In this document: positions 9,058 to 18,425 of the stretch, piece by piece | Layout: every line of letters starts with the position of its first letter | Numbering within the stretch: the stretch's first letter is position 1 | NCBI GenBank assembly: GCA_048887225.1 | Contig: JBHLJY010000020.1 | Location: forward strand, 1 to 44,034 | DNA length: 44,034 nt | Reading direction: 5' to 3' | DNA from: Candidatus Hodarchaeota archaeon | Lineage (GTDB): Archaea; Asgardarchaeota; Lokiarchaeia; Sigyniarchaeales; SOKP01 | Program-made: the position numbers and the translations under genes | Notes under the pieces: generated by a model | Told to the model about the DNA's origin: nothing | Database searches by the model: none | Seen by the model: only the letters and a program-made list of their open reading frames with translations

Positions 9058-10482
9058 TTAAATATATGTACTAATCAGATCTACAAGAGTTTTTGAAAAA
9101 TCTGGTAGGTGTTGATCAATTATCTCTATACCTAGATATTCTTCTATAAAAAGAAGTAAATATAGATTATATTTATCAACTTTAATTCTTTTAAATATTA
9201 CATTTTTAGTTTCTGTAGTGATACCTGAAGATACTATAAAATCTTCTTTTAATAATTTAAATTCTTTAAATGTTTTATACAAAGTTTGAAAGTGTGGAGC
9301 AGATATCTCGAATACTTTTCTAGAAATCTCATTTTTGGAATAATTAGATAATATAATACCATTTTCATTTAAAAGCAGTAGCGCATCAGAATTCGTTTTA
9401 TTGGCAAAGAATTTTAATTGCTTTCTAAAGAATTCACGATTCGGGGAAAGCTGTGAAAGCCCGAATGAATATGCAGAAATTAAACTCCAATAATCGAAAA
9501 TACTAGTACGGAAAATTTTCACGAAGAATTTATCTGAATTTCTATTAATCTCTTTAGTTGCGTGTTGCGCATTTTTATTAATATCTTCTGAATCTTTTAA
9601 GTCTGGGTCAAATTTATTTAAACAAACCACGATTGGTGGGAATTCATCCAATTCTTTTAGCGATTTAATTATCCTAATGAAAAGGTTCAAAGATTCATCT
9701 AATCTCTCTTTTGAATCTTGAATATCAATAACATAAAATAATAAATCAATATTGTAAAGATAATATTTACTCTGTTCAAGATACTTTTCTCTATATTTTT
9801 TTTGTCCACCTAAGTCCCAAATTGTCATTTGAGAGTTTTGTTCGTCAAAAACTTTCTCTTCAGATCTTTCTACTCCTTTCGTGGGTAGTGTCTTTATAAT
9901 TTCAGAATATTTCTTTTTGACTGCGAGGAGAAAACTTGTCTTTCCAGCTCTATCTAAGCCAGTATATACTATTTTTATTTTTCTTTTTGAAGATAAAGGA
10001 TCTTTTAAATCTCTACAAAAATCAATCAATTGTTTTCTTATTTCATCAATGACACTTTTATATTCATCTTCAACATTCAGCTGTGTTGCGTGCTGTACTT
10101 TTGTAGCTGCTTTATCAATTAAAACTCTTAAATATTTCATATTCTCGTGGAAAAAACTTTTATTATCATCTTCAATTAACACTGTTATAGTAGCTGCTTT
10201 AGCTTGCCCTCGAGCTTTTTCATCCGCTATAAGAAAAAAATAAGTTAATCCACTTAATTTTAAATCTGGAAAAGGTAATATACCAAAATAATTAATATTT
10301 AAGTCCTCCCCATCTTGATATGTTTCATCTCCCATAAGTAAACTAATCGTTTTCATTGCTATTAAAAGACGGGCGTTTTCTTCCATATCGTCGGGCCAAT
10401 ATATTTTAGGTGTAGGCCCCTCCTCATCAAAAATACTTAAGACGATAGATTTGATTATTTGGCCTTTTTCCTGTTCTGTCAT
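9058..10482 (-). CDS. Longin/uDENN - Rag/Arf-like small GTPase - roadblock-like C-terminal domain fusion
   Basis: G1 GLDRAGKTS, G2 PTKG, G3 WDLGGQ, G4 NKFD, G5 TSI. Rag-like junction RTSIFD...QLSPN...LKFFA. N-terminal FDEEGPTP and IADEKARG motifs. Confidence 0.88.
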   Translation of the reverse strand: MTEQEKGQIIKSIVLSIFDEEGPTPKIYWPDDMEENARLLIAMKTISLLMGDETYQDGEDLNINYFGILPFPDLKLSGLTYFFLIADEKARGQAKAATITVLIEDDNKSFFHENMKYLRVLIDKAATKVQHATQLNVEDEYKSVIDEIRKQLIDFCRDLKDPLSSKRKIKIVYTGLDRAGKTSFLLAVKKKYSEIIKTLPTKGVERSEEKVFDEQNSQMTIWDLGGQKKYREKYLEQSKYYLYNIDLLFYVIDIQDSKERLDESLNLFIRIIKSLKELDEFPPIVVCLNKFDPDLKDSEDINKNAQHATKEINRNSDKFFVKIFRTSIFDYWSLISAYSFGLSQLSPNREFFRKQLKFFANKTNSDALLLLNENGIILSNYSKNEISRKVFEISAPHFQTLYKTFKEFKLLKEDFIVSSGITTETKNVIFKRIKVDKYNLYLLLFIEEYLGIEIIDQHLPDFSKTLVDLISTYI

Positions 10483-10681
10483 GACGTTGCCGTTAGCTTT
10501 CTTTTTATTACTTACTTGTTATTACTTATTAGATAATCTATTTTTTTCTAATCTAGAATGTAGAATTTTATTAAATTAGTATCTTGCTTTAAAATATATA
10601 AAATGATTACATTATTTATTTTTAATTTATACAAGAATTTTTTTCGATAAAACTCAAAGATATATCTAATACCAATTTAAA

Positions 10682-11170
10682 TCAGTCTAATTTAAATGAA
10701 AAATTCCTACTGATCTTTACTACATCAGTAAATTCTCTTAAGTCCCAGCTAGAAATACAATATAAGAATTCTTTTCGAATCTTCCTCCTCCTCCGAAGAA
10801 ATCTGTGTTTGGTTAAATTCATTTTGGTTAATTCAATTATTTTTTTTAAATATTCTTCACAAAGTTTTTTTAAATCTGCCATTGGTCTTCCTATTCTGGT
10901 ATATTGTTTTCTTTCTTCTTCATATCCCGTCTCTGATAACACAGAGCATACAATTTCTCGAATATGCGGTCCTGAAAGAAAGCTGATTTCCGAAGTTATA
11001 ATCCTCCTTAAAACAATTTTAGTAATTTGTTCAGCAGCTTCCTTATTTAATGTAGTTTCTTTTAAAAGACTTCTATATATTTTATTTTCATCAAAAGTGT
11101 TGATACCCCTTTTAGTAGCTACATCTGAAGGAAGATACTTTCTGATAAACTTATCATTATTTTTGCTCAA
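10682..11170 (-). CDS. Stand-alone ATP-cone domain protein
   Basis: FDENKIYRSLLKET...LSGPHIREIVCSVL...ERKQYTRIGRP resembles the N-terminal ATP cone of archaeal class III ribonucleotide reductase. No catalytic domain follows. Confidence 0.8.
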   Translation of the reverse strand: MSKNNDKFIRKYLPSDVATKRGINTFDENKIYRSLLKETTLNKEAAEQITKIVLRRIITSEISFLSGPHIREIVCSVLSETGYEEERKQYTRIGRPMADLKKLCEEYLKKIIELTKMNLTKHRFLRRRRKIRKEFLYCISSWDLREFTDVVKISRNFSFKLD

Positions 11171-11220
11171 CCATACCCCCCTTTAACAAAATTCAAAAAT
11201 TCTCCCTCTGTTCGGTTTCC

Positions 11221-11346
11221 TCAAATATGTAATAAATCCATCGAGTACTTTTTAAAAGTTTCGATCATTAAACTGACCTGAATTTTTGAAGGATCAAAAT
11301 CAACCATGTTATCCTCAGTTCTGAGTATTTTTGGTAGCAAATCCAT
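11221..11346 (-). pseudogene. Truncated ATP-cone fragment (41 aa)
   Basis: Hand translation MDLLPKILRTEDNMVDFDPSKIQVSLMIETFKKYSMDLLHI*. The first ~30 aa match the beta-hairpin and first helix of an ATP cone, then similarity stops. Confidence 0.55.
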
Positions 11347-11564
11347 TTCATAACCACGATAATTTCTATTTATTTAATAATTAATAATCCAAATATAAAA
11401 TTAGAGAGAATTTAAAAAAATATTATTATTAACACATTAAAGTTACTTTCTATTCTAAAAAGAGATTAATTAAATATGGGAATAAAATAAAAAAAGATCC
11501 CAAATAATAAATTATAAAAATAAAAATTATAATAAATGGTATTTTACTAAATAATGGTGAACTT

Positions 11565-12278
11565 ATGGTACAAATCAGTGAAAAAGGGACTGGGATAGAA
11601 TATGAATTTGAGATACTGGAATGCATAAGAAATCATCCAGGAGGATTAACTATTACAGATATCGCGGATCTCAAGTCATATTCAAGAAATACTGTTTCTA
11701 AATATGTTTCTATCCTTGAACTTAAAACCCTAGTATTTAGTAGAAAAATTGGGGCTTATAAGCTATATTTCAGCTCAGATATAAGTTTTATCCCAAGTAA
11801 GACGGTTTTATCATATTATAAAGCACTTTTGACATCATTAAAAGAGCACTTTCCTAATAAAGAGCAAATATTTAAAAAAATTGGTAAACTCGAATCGAGT
11901 AAGATTGATTTTGCATTTGGTCCTAAAGTGTATAAACAATTGAAGAGTTTTAAAGATCATGCAATTACGACAATACATCTTGAGGTATTTAAAGATTTTT
12001 ATCCGACTTATGATATTTTTCAACCTGATATTGAAATATCAATTTTAAAGGCAGATCCTGAAAGGAAAAAAGCAATTTATCGATTTAAAAATTCTGTTTT
12101 TCTAGAAGATTCTGATGATTTCATATATCATATATACATCGCGTGTGGTATTACTGAAGGTGTCTTAGAGAAAGAATTAAAGACAATGGTGGAATGTAAT
12201 GTTGAAGAAATTCATGTTGCCAAAAATAAGGAGGAATCATATTTTGACCTCTCAATTCAGATAAAAGATAAATCATAA
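11565..12278 (+). CDS. Winged-HTH transcriptional regulator with C-terminal V4R/Bet3-like ligand-binding domain
   Basis: HPGGLTITDIADLKSYSRNTVSKYVSILE is an HTH. HIYIACGITEGVLE...VECNVEE is V4R-like. GGTGA Shine-Dalgarno site upstream. Confidence 0.78.
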   Translation: MVQISEKGTGIEYEFEILECIRNHPGGLTITDIADLKSYSRNTVSKYVSILELKTLVFSRKIGAYKLYFSSDISFIPSKTVLSYYKALLTSLKEHFPNKEQIFKKIGKLESSKIDFAFGPKVYKQLKSFKDHAITTIHLEVFKDFYPTYDIFQPDIEISILKADPERKKAIYRFKNSVFLEDSDDFIYHIYIACGITEGVLEKELKTMVECNVEEIHVAKNKEESYFDLSIQIKDKS

Positions 12279-12357
12279 AATTTAGTTTTTTATAAGTCTC
12301 TTTTAATTATTATTTTTGTCATTCTCTTTTCTTTCAATAACAAAAATTATATTTTTT

Positions 12358-13155
12358 ATGTTGGATCTATTTTCTCTGTCATTTATAAAACGCTTTTTTC
12401 ACGAGATATATCGAATCTTGAGAGATATAGACAAAGAAGTATCTGAAGTTTGGTACGAAATTTCAGAGATTAATCTCTTAAGAAAATTTAATAAATATGA
12501 ATTAAGTGAATTTTTGGATAATTTCGACTTTATTGAAAAAAAGCGTGGAAATTATACCGTTTTCATATCGATTAACAAGATTAAATTTGTAGCAGAATCT
12601 ATCAAATTTCTTGATATAGGGCTAAAAAGCCTTTCAGAAATATTAGATTTTAATGGCTTTGAGGCTCTAATTCAGGAAATATTAATTCGAAATGAATATA
12701 AATCAATAAAGAACTTTAGATTTTCCGACAAATCAAATTTTAAATCGAAAACTGGTCAAAAAAAATATGAAATTGATGTCGTAGGAATTTATGGTAAATA
12801 TATATTACTAATTGATGCAAAACAATGGAGGCGTAAGGATTCATTTAGTTCAATAAATAAAGCAGCAAATCTCCAGTATCAGCGTGTTATTGCTTTAAAG
12901 AATAATCCTGAAGCATTTTCAGAATTATTACATAAAGTACTGGGAATTAATATCAACATTAAGAATCTCTTACCGTTTAAATTGCTCCCAGTCATGGTTA
13001 CAATTGAGTATAACGGAATTAAAATAAATGAAAATCAAATTCCCCTTGTATCGATTAGCAATTTTAATGCTTTTTTACAGGAATATGACAAATATTTGGA
13101 CTATTATAAAATGATTGAAATTAATAAGGTTTCAATACAAAAACAATTAATTTAA
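12358..13155 (+). CDS. PD-(D/E)xK nuclease, Mrr/NERD-like restriction-endonuclease fold
   Basis: FEALIQEIL...EIDVVG...LIDAKQW. ATG at 12358 preferred over TTG at 12316. Confidence 0.8.
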   Translation: MLDLFSLSFIKRFFHEIYRILRDIDKEVSEVWYEISEINLLRKFNKYELSEFLDNFDFIEKKRGNYTVFISINKIKFVAESIKFLDIGLKSLSEILDFNGFEALIQEILIRNEYKSIKNFRFSDKSNFKSKTGQKKYEIDVVGIYGKYILLIDAKQWRRKDSFSSINKAANLQYQRVIALKNNPEAFSELLHKVLGININIKNLLPFKLLPVMVTIEYNGIKINENQIPLVSISNFNAFLQEYDKYLDYYKMIEINKVSIQKQLI

Positions 13156-13159
13156 TTAT

Positions 13160-14431
13160 TTAGAGCAATTGGTAATTGACTCCTGGCGTTACTCCAGCAA
13201 TTCGGAATAGGTCATTATCAGCAATTAATCTTTCTAGAACGGTTTGGTCGAGTTGATTGTAAAATATAGGCTCCAAAAAATTTTCTTGATCAGAATAAGA
13301 TTGATTTAAATTTTTTTGCAATACAGGGCTATTTTTAACCATATTAGCCAATTGTGTGTTTTTATAAATGCGATAATAAAAACTTATCCCAACTGTTTTA
13401 GGTGGATTATTCTCAAAAAATTTAAGGCATTTTTTAGTTGATTCGAGTGATTCATCAGGATAACCTGTTAATAAATCAATTGCCAAATCTAGTTTATATG
13501 TATTACAATATTCAATAATTTTAGCCAAATCTTCATAGGAATAATTATTTAGCGATTGGATCTTATCGTCGCTATCAACTGAAAGTGTTATGAGGTAAGC
13601 GTTTGACTCATGCAATACTCGAAATAACTCTTCACTATATGGATAAGGTTTTAAATATAATGCCCATTTCATCTCTAGCTTTTGTTCAATTAAAGCCTTA
13701 CAGAACTCTATTGAGAAGTTTAAATTTGTATTAAACTCAGTATCACATGTGTGAAAATGATTATAGCCTTTTTCTATTACCAAATATCGTAATTCCTCTA
13801 TAATATTTGAGATTTTTTTGAAATAAACGCGAGTATTCGCCTCAATACAGTAAGGGCACTTATTTGGGCATCCCACATGGGTTTCAAAACCAACAATTCC
13901 ATTATTTGAAATATATGATGGATAATCTATCTCATTCCTTGATCCACGATAATGTAGTAAATCCGTATCAATTCCATACTGCCAACCGTTAAATATTTTC
14001 TTATCTATTTGTCCAGATTGCCATTGTTTTATAAAACGGGGGAGAATAACTTCTCCTGGACCTATTATACCATAATCTGCTTCAAGATATTTTAGTATTT
14101 CATTCGGCATCCCTGAAAATCCAGATCCACCTAAAATAACAGGGATCTTAAACTTTTTAGTACATTTGACTAATTTTTTAATTTCAGGTAAAAAGAATTC
14201 ATTATTAAAAAAGATAGCAGAATCGATATTCCGGATGGTAAATCCAACAAGGTCATAAGAGTCATTCTTAAGTGTTTTCTTTAATTTTTTTAACGAGGAG
14301 GATGTAAAACATAAATCTAATATTTCTCCCTCGTAACCATGCTTTCCTAATGCTGTAATTAAGTATTCCAAACCAACTGGAATAACAGGTGGACTTTTCA
14401 TAGTATTTGGATTTACTAGTAAAATTTTCAT
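13160..14431 (-). CDS. Cobalamin-binding radical SAM enzyme
   Basis: N-terminal MKILLVNPN...PVGLEYL...GFTIRNID...GGSGFS B12-binding domain; CPNKCPYC cluster motif. Alternative ATG at 14443. Confidence 0.9.
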   Translation of the reverse strand: MKILLVNPNTMKSPPVIPVGLEYLITALGKHGYEGEILDLCFTSSSLKKLKKTLKNDSYDLVGFTIRNIDSAIFFNNEFFLPEIKKLVKCTKKFKIPVILGGSGFSGMPNEILKYLEADYGIIGPGEVILPRFIKQWQSGQIDKKIFNGWQYGIDTDLLHYRGSRNEIDYPSYISNNGIVGFETHVGCPNKCPYCIEANTRVYFKKISNIIEELRYLVIEKGYNHFHTCDTEFNTNLNFSIEFCKALIEQKLEMKWALYLKPYPYSEELFRVLHESNAYLITLSVDSDDKIQSLNNYSYEDLAKIIEYCNTYKLDLAIDLLTGYPDESLESTKKCLKFFENNPPKTVGISFYYRIYKNTQLANMVKNSPVLQKNLNQSYSDQENFLEPIFYNQLDQTVLERLIADNDLFRIAGVTPGVNYQLL

Positions 14432-14523
14432 ACAATACTCCATTCGACAATATTAGTTAAAAATAACTTAATGAAGTAGTTATTAAAAACTCTGCTAAAG
14501 AAAAATCTAAAGGATTAAGTATA

Positions 14524-15585
14524 TTAATTATTCATTCCTAAAAATTCTTTTATTTGTTTTCTCACGATGTTAACAGCAAAGTTAATTATCCCACTTTTAA
14601 CTTTGGGATGTGAAAATAAGATTAATATCATGTCCCTCATAGTAGGATTTTCTAGATCTATCGGTGCGAGATCCAAAATACCTTCCGTACCTTTTAACGA
14701 GATTAATTTTAATTTTCCAGCACTTAATCCTTCAATAATATCAGCCCCAATCATCGTTAGATTTTGCCCTATTGTAGTAAATAAAGTTTCTGAAATCCTG
14801 CTTGATATCGCAGAAGCTAAAATTTTATCTCCTTTTAAAATTGCTGAAGCCTCAATGTGTAAATCTAAATTTAAAAGTTGTTTTAATATTTCGTTAATAT
14901 TAGCCGGAGGTATTTTTTGTTTGGATTCTTTACCTTTTATAGATTTTGATTCTATTTTCATTGCTTTCGGTAGCTTTAATTTTTTCGAAAGAACAAGTAA
15001 CATTTCAGACATATCATCTTCTAATCGTTGTCGCTTGAGATCTGAATTCTCTTGAGGAATTGTAGTTGCTAGCATACTGATATCGTCTGATTTAGGTTTT
15101 GAGGGTCCATATATTTCTTTAGAAGCTATAAGTGAACCCTCATAAGGTTTGGGTGCAATCTCTTGAAGAAATTTAGAATCCTTTTTAGTAGATTTCACAG
15201 AGATTACATCAGGAATTTTTGATAAATCTATCTTTTCTAAATTAATACTCTCATTATTCGTAAGTTTTAAAGATTCTGTAGGTTGAATCGGGGGAGATTC
15301 TAATTTAGGAATTCCTTCTAAATCAAAATTATTTGATGCTTTTTTTTTCTCAGTAGTTAGTGCAAAAAATCCAGTTTCTCGAGGTATCTGATTAATTGGT
15401 GCTACTGATTTCTTTTTCTTTTTTTTCTTTTCCTTTTTTTTGGTCTTTTGAGAGGATATCTTAATTCTAGGTGCTCTCGAAGAAACTGGGAGAAGAGCTC
15501 CACATTTTCTGCAAAAACGCCCATTTGATTCGTTGTTGGTTGCGCCACAGTTGGAACAAATTATAATGGTTTTTCCCTCTGAGAT
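14524..15585 (-). CDS. Zinc-ribbon - low-complexity linker - Roadblock/LC7 domain protein (start uncertain, apparently ATC)
   Basis: The frame of the tracked 14524-15198 ORF stays open to 15615 and encodes CSNCGA...FCRKCG. The C-terminal ~125 aa (INEILKQLL...IEASAIL...ISLKGTEG...KSGIINFAV) is roadblock/MglB-like. Confidence 0.75.
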   Translation of the reverse strand: MSEGKTIIICSNCGATNNESNGRFCRKCGALLPVSSRAPRIKISSQKTKKKEKKKKKKKSVAPINQIPRETGFFALTTEKKKASNNFDLEGIPKLESPPIQPTESLKLTNNESINLEKIDLSKIPDVISVKSTKKDSKFLQEIAPKPYEGSLIASKEIYGPSKPKSDDISMLATTIPQENSDLKRQRLEDDMSEMLLVLSKKLKLPKAMKIESKSIKGKESKQKIPPANINEILKQLLNLDLHIEASAILKGDKILASAISSRISETLFTTIGQNLTMIGADIIEGLSAGKLKLISLKGTEGILDLAPIDLENPTMRDMILILFSHPKVKSGIINFAVNIVRKQIKEFLGMNN

Positions 15586-15701
15586 ATTATTATTTAGATA
15601 TAATTCATTCTTTTGTTATTTTATAAATAAAAATTCGATTTTATTAATGTTCGTTTATTAAATAATTAAGGAATAAGAGATAAAAAAGAAGCGATAGAGA
15701 T

Positions 15702-16655
15702 CTATCCTTTATTTAAGATTTCTCTTAATAATTTTACAAATGTAAGATATTCTTCATTATTAATCTCAGGATCTTCTCTAATTACTAATATATAATAGGA
15801 AGGACCGTCTCTACCTACTTCAAACCGAGTAAATAGAAAATATCGTCCATACCGATGAATTATCATCTTTTCTTCTGGATTTACTGCTGAAACTTCAGAA
15901 TATTGGAAACTCTCGTTTAGACTTAAGAAATGTGCTGTAGATTGGTTTAAAATATCTTTTGTAACATTGTTCTTGTAGTAGCTGCCGACTATTAACGAAT
16001 TATCGTCGATGAGTTCTATACCATCTGCCTTAGATTTAATAGCAAAATCTTCCATAGTTTTTTGAATCAAATTTGCCTTAGGGTATAATTTTAAAAAGAT
16101 CTCAGAAATCACAGTCATAATCGATGATAAATCGTAGATGGATGTTCTATGGAAGAATAATTTTTTATAATCAAGTAATTCTTTTATTTTTACCTGTAAA
16201 CTTAATAAGAAATTATCTAAATCATCATCAGGAATTAAAGTCGGATCAACTTTATGAAAAAAGATATAAATAGGCGGTTCAATTTCGAGGGAATTAAATT
16301 GTATTACAACATCCTTTAAATAAGATAAAGATTCTGGAATCCGATCTTTATGTTGGGCATCTATGACATAGATGGCAATTTCGGTATTGTCGAAGTATTT
16401 ACCTGGATTTTTTAAATAAGAAATCCGATAGGAGATTTGCCCTCCGAGATCCCATTCAGCAATGTTACGACCAAGATATTTAAAGATTCTCCGTTGAGCT
16501 CCTCGAGAAGGTTCAATATTAGCAATTTTTGAAAACTCTCTCTGAAGTGCTAATATAATTGAGGTTTTTCCAGCATTATCTAAGCCTGTAAAAAGAATTT
16601 TCTGAATTTCGGTGCTTTCTTCTTTTAAATATTCAATATAACTTGAATATGCCAT
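15702..16655 (-). CDS. Rag/Gtr-like small GTPase with C-terminal roadblock-like domain
   Basis: GLDNAGKTS, WDLGGQ, Rag-type HKVD, RTSIYD, then LYPKANLIQKTMEDFAIKSKADGIELID. Confidence 0.88.
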   Translation of the reverse strand: MAYSSYIEYLKEESTEIQKILFTGLDNAGKTSIILALQREFSKIANIEPSRGAQRRIFKYLGRNIAEWDLGGQISYRISYLKNPGKYFDNTEIAIYVIDAQHKDRIPESLSYLKDVVIQFNSLEIEPPIYIFFHKVDPTLIPDDDLDNFLLSLQVKIKELLDYKKLFFHRTSIYDLSSIMTVISEIFLKLYPKANLIQKTMEDFAIKSKADGIELIDDNSLIVGSYYKNNVTKDILNQSTAHFLSLNESFQYSEVSAVNPEEKMIIHRYGRYFLFTRFEVGRDGPSYYILVIREDPEINNEEYLTFVKLLREILNKG

Positions 16656-16733
16656 TTTAATTTAAATATTCTATATACCTTGAATAACCATTTTAATTTT
16701 TGAGATTTTTTAAATCTTTGTATGTCGCCCCTA

Positions 16734-18101
16734 CTAGAACTTTTGAATTAAAAAATCTTTGAAATCCTTATACTCGTTAATTTCAACTGGATTCGGGTAT
16801 TCGTTTCTATTTTGAATATTTTTTAGAGATATCGGCATTTTGGGAGAAGTGTTGATTAACGAAATTATCTCATCTGGAAATTTAGCTGGATCAGCAGTTT
16901 CTAATGTAATAGATTTATATTTATTATCTTGTGGATATGTAGTGCGATAGATTTGGAGCGCTGCCCACCCAACTGCCCCATGTGGTTCAATAATTTTTTT
17001 ATAATTTTTATAGAAACTCAGGATTGTCTCTCTGGTAAGATCGTCATTTATAGAATAAGAACAAATATTTTTTTTAATCTCTTTCAGATTTGGATCTTTA
17101 TGCATAATTCCATTTTCATCAATCATGCCTCCATATAAATCAATTAGTCTTGCCAAATTTGATGGATGGCCAACATTCATAGCATTTGAAATACATTTTT
17201 TAGAAGGTTCAACTTTTTTGTAAATTCCTGTCTTTAGATATTTTGGAAATTCGTCATTCTCGTTAACTGCTGATATGAATTTTCTTACGGGAAGCCCCAT
17301 TTTAAATGCTATTAAACCTCCCATTAAATTTCCAAAATTTCCCGAAGGAACTGAAAAAATGACTTCTTCACCTTGTTCCTCCACAATTTGCGAATAGCTC
17401 CAGAAATAATAAAGTGACTGAGGCAATAATCTACCGATATTTATTGAATTTGCTGAAGACAAGTTAAGATATTTTAAATCTGGGTCAGCAAAAGCAGTTT
17501 TTACTAACTTTTGGCAGTCGTCAAATTTTCCATTTATTCCTATGGCATTTACATTTTTTCCTAGCGTTGTCATCTGTTTCTTCTGAAGATCACTAATCTC
17601 ATCTTTAGGAAAAAGTACAACAACTTTAATTCTTGACATTTCGTACATAGCTTGAGCGACAGCTCCACCAGTATCTCCAGAGGTTGCTGTTAAAATTAAG
17701 ACATTTTTTTTTTCTTGAGCTAAGAAGTATTCCATTATTCTTGCCAATGTTCTTGCTCCTATATCTTTAAAACTACATGTAGGTCCTTGATCTAAATAAC
17801 ATATATAATCGTTTTTTTCTATTTTTTCAACTGGAACCTTAAAGTTCAGAGCACTTGATATAATTTTTTTAAGATCATTTTCTGGAATAAACTTCCCAAT
17901 AATTTGTGATAATACAATAAATCCGATTTCGTTTAGTTCCAAATTTTTAAAAGAAAATATTTGATCTTGATCCAATTTAGGTATTTCATTTAACATGTAA
18001 AGACCTTTATCGAAGGCTAACCCATTGATAATTGCCGTCTTAAAGTCTGCATTTGGAGTACTATAATTAGTTGAGTGATATTTTATACTTTGTTCATTCA
18101 T
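16734..18101 (-). CDS. thrC: Threonine synthase
   Basis: GPTCSFKDIG (PLP lysine), ATSGDTG, SANSINIGRLLPQ, VPSGNFGN. Confidence 0.95.
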   Translation of the reverse strand: MNEQSIKYHSTNYSTPNADFKTAIINGLAFDKGLYMLNEIPKLDQDQIFSFKNLELNEIGFIVLSQIIGKFIPENDLKKIISSALNFKVPVEKIEKNDYICYLDQGPTCSFKDIGARTLARIMEYFLAQEKKNVLILTATSGDTGGAVAQAMYEMSRIKVVVLFPKDEISDLQKKQMTTLGKNVNAIGINGKFDDCQKLVKTAFADPDLKYLNLSSANSINIGRLLPQSLYYFWSYSQIVEEQGEEVIFSVPSGNFGNLMGGLIAFKMGLPVRKFISAVNENDEFPKYLKTGIYKKVEPSKKCISNAMNVGHPSNLARLIDLYGGMIDENGIMHKDPNLKEIKKNICSYSINDDLTRETILSFYKNYKKIIEPHGAVGWAALQIYRTTYPQDNKYKSITLETADPAKFPDEIISLINTSPKMPISLKNIQNRNEYPNPVEINEYKDFKDFLIQKF

Positions 18102-18145
18102 AACACTTCTATAATTGTTTAATTCTTTCTACTATAATTAGTCAA

Positions 18146-18403
18146 TTAAAACTCAAAACCTTTTCCAAAAAATTTAGTAATCTCAAAATAAAGCTCAATT
18201 TCCCGACCATCTTCTAATTTTAATTCTAATTTATCGTATAATTTATTGTTATGCTCGAGCAAGCTTTGACGAATTAATTCGCAATTTCCAAATCTTTTTC
18301 TTACTTCGATATATTCTTGCTTAATTCCTTCGGTATTATTACAATCAGATATAATTATCGCTTTTTTAAAAGAGGACCCATCTCCTCCACTGATAACAAC
18401 CAT
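18146..18403 (-). CDS. Small conserved hypothetical protein
   Basis: 85 aa, tightly co-oriented with its neighbours; GGDGSS...YFEITKFFG. Confidence 0.7.
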   Translation of the reverse strand: MVVISGGDGSSFKKAIIISDCNNTEGIKQEYIEVRKRFGNCELIRQSLLEHNNKLYDKLELKLEDGREIELYFEITKFFGKGFEF

Positions 18404-18425
18404 ATTAACTATATTTCTTTAGTCA

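Noticed and set aside
11170-11223. Selenocysteine or stop read-through joining the ATP-cone fragment to the next gene
   Set aside because: Read-through of TGA at 11223 gives no recognisable sequence, is out of frame with the downstream gene, and I see no SECIS-like hairpin.
12358-13155. Restriction-modification or anti-phage system
   Set aside because: A lone PD-(D/E)xK gene with no adjacent DNA methylase or defence genes. The macro domain gene is 17 kb away and looks like the housekeeping type.
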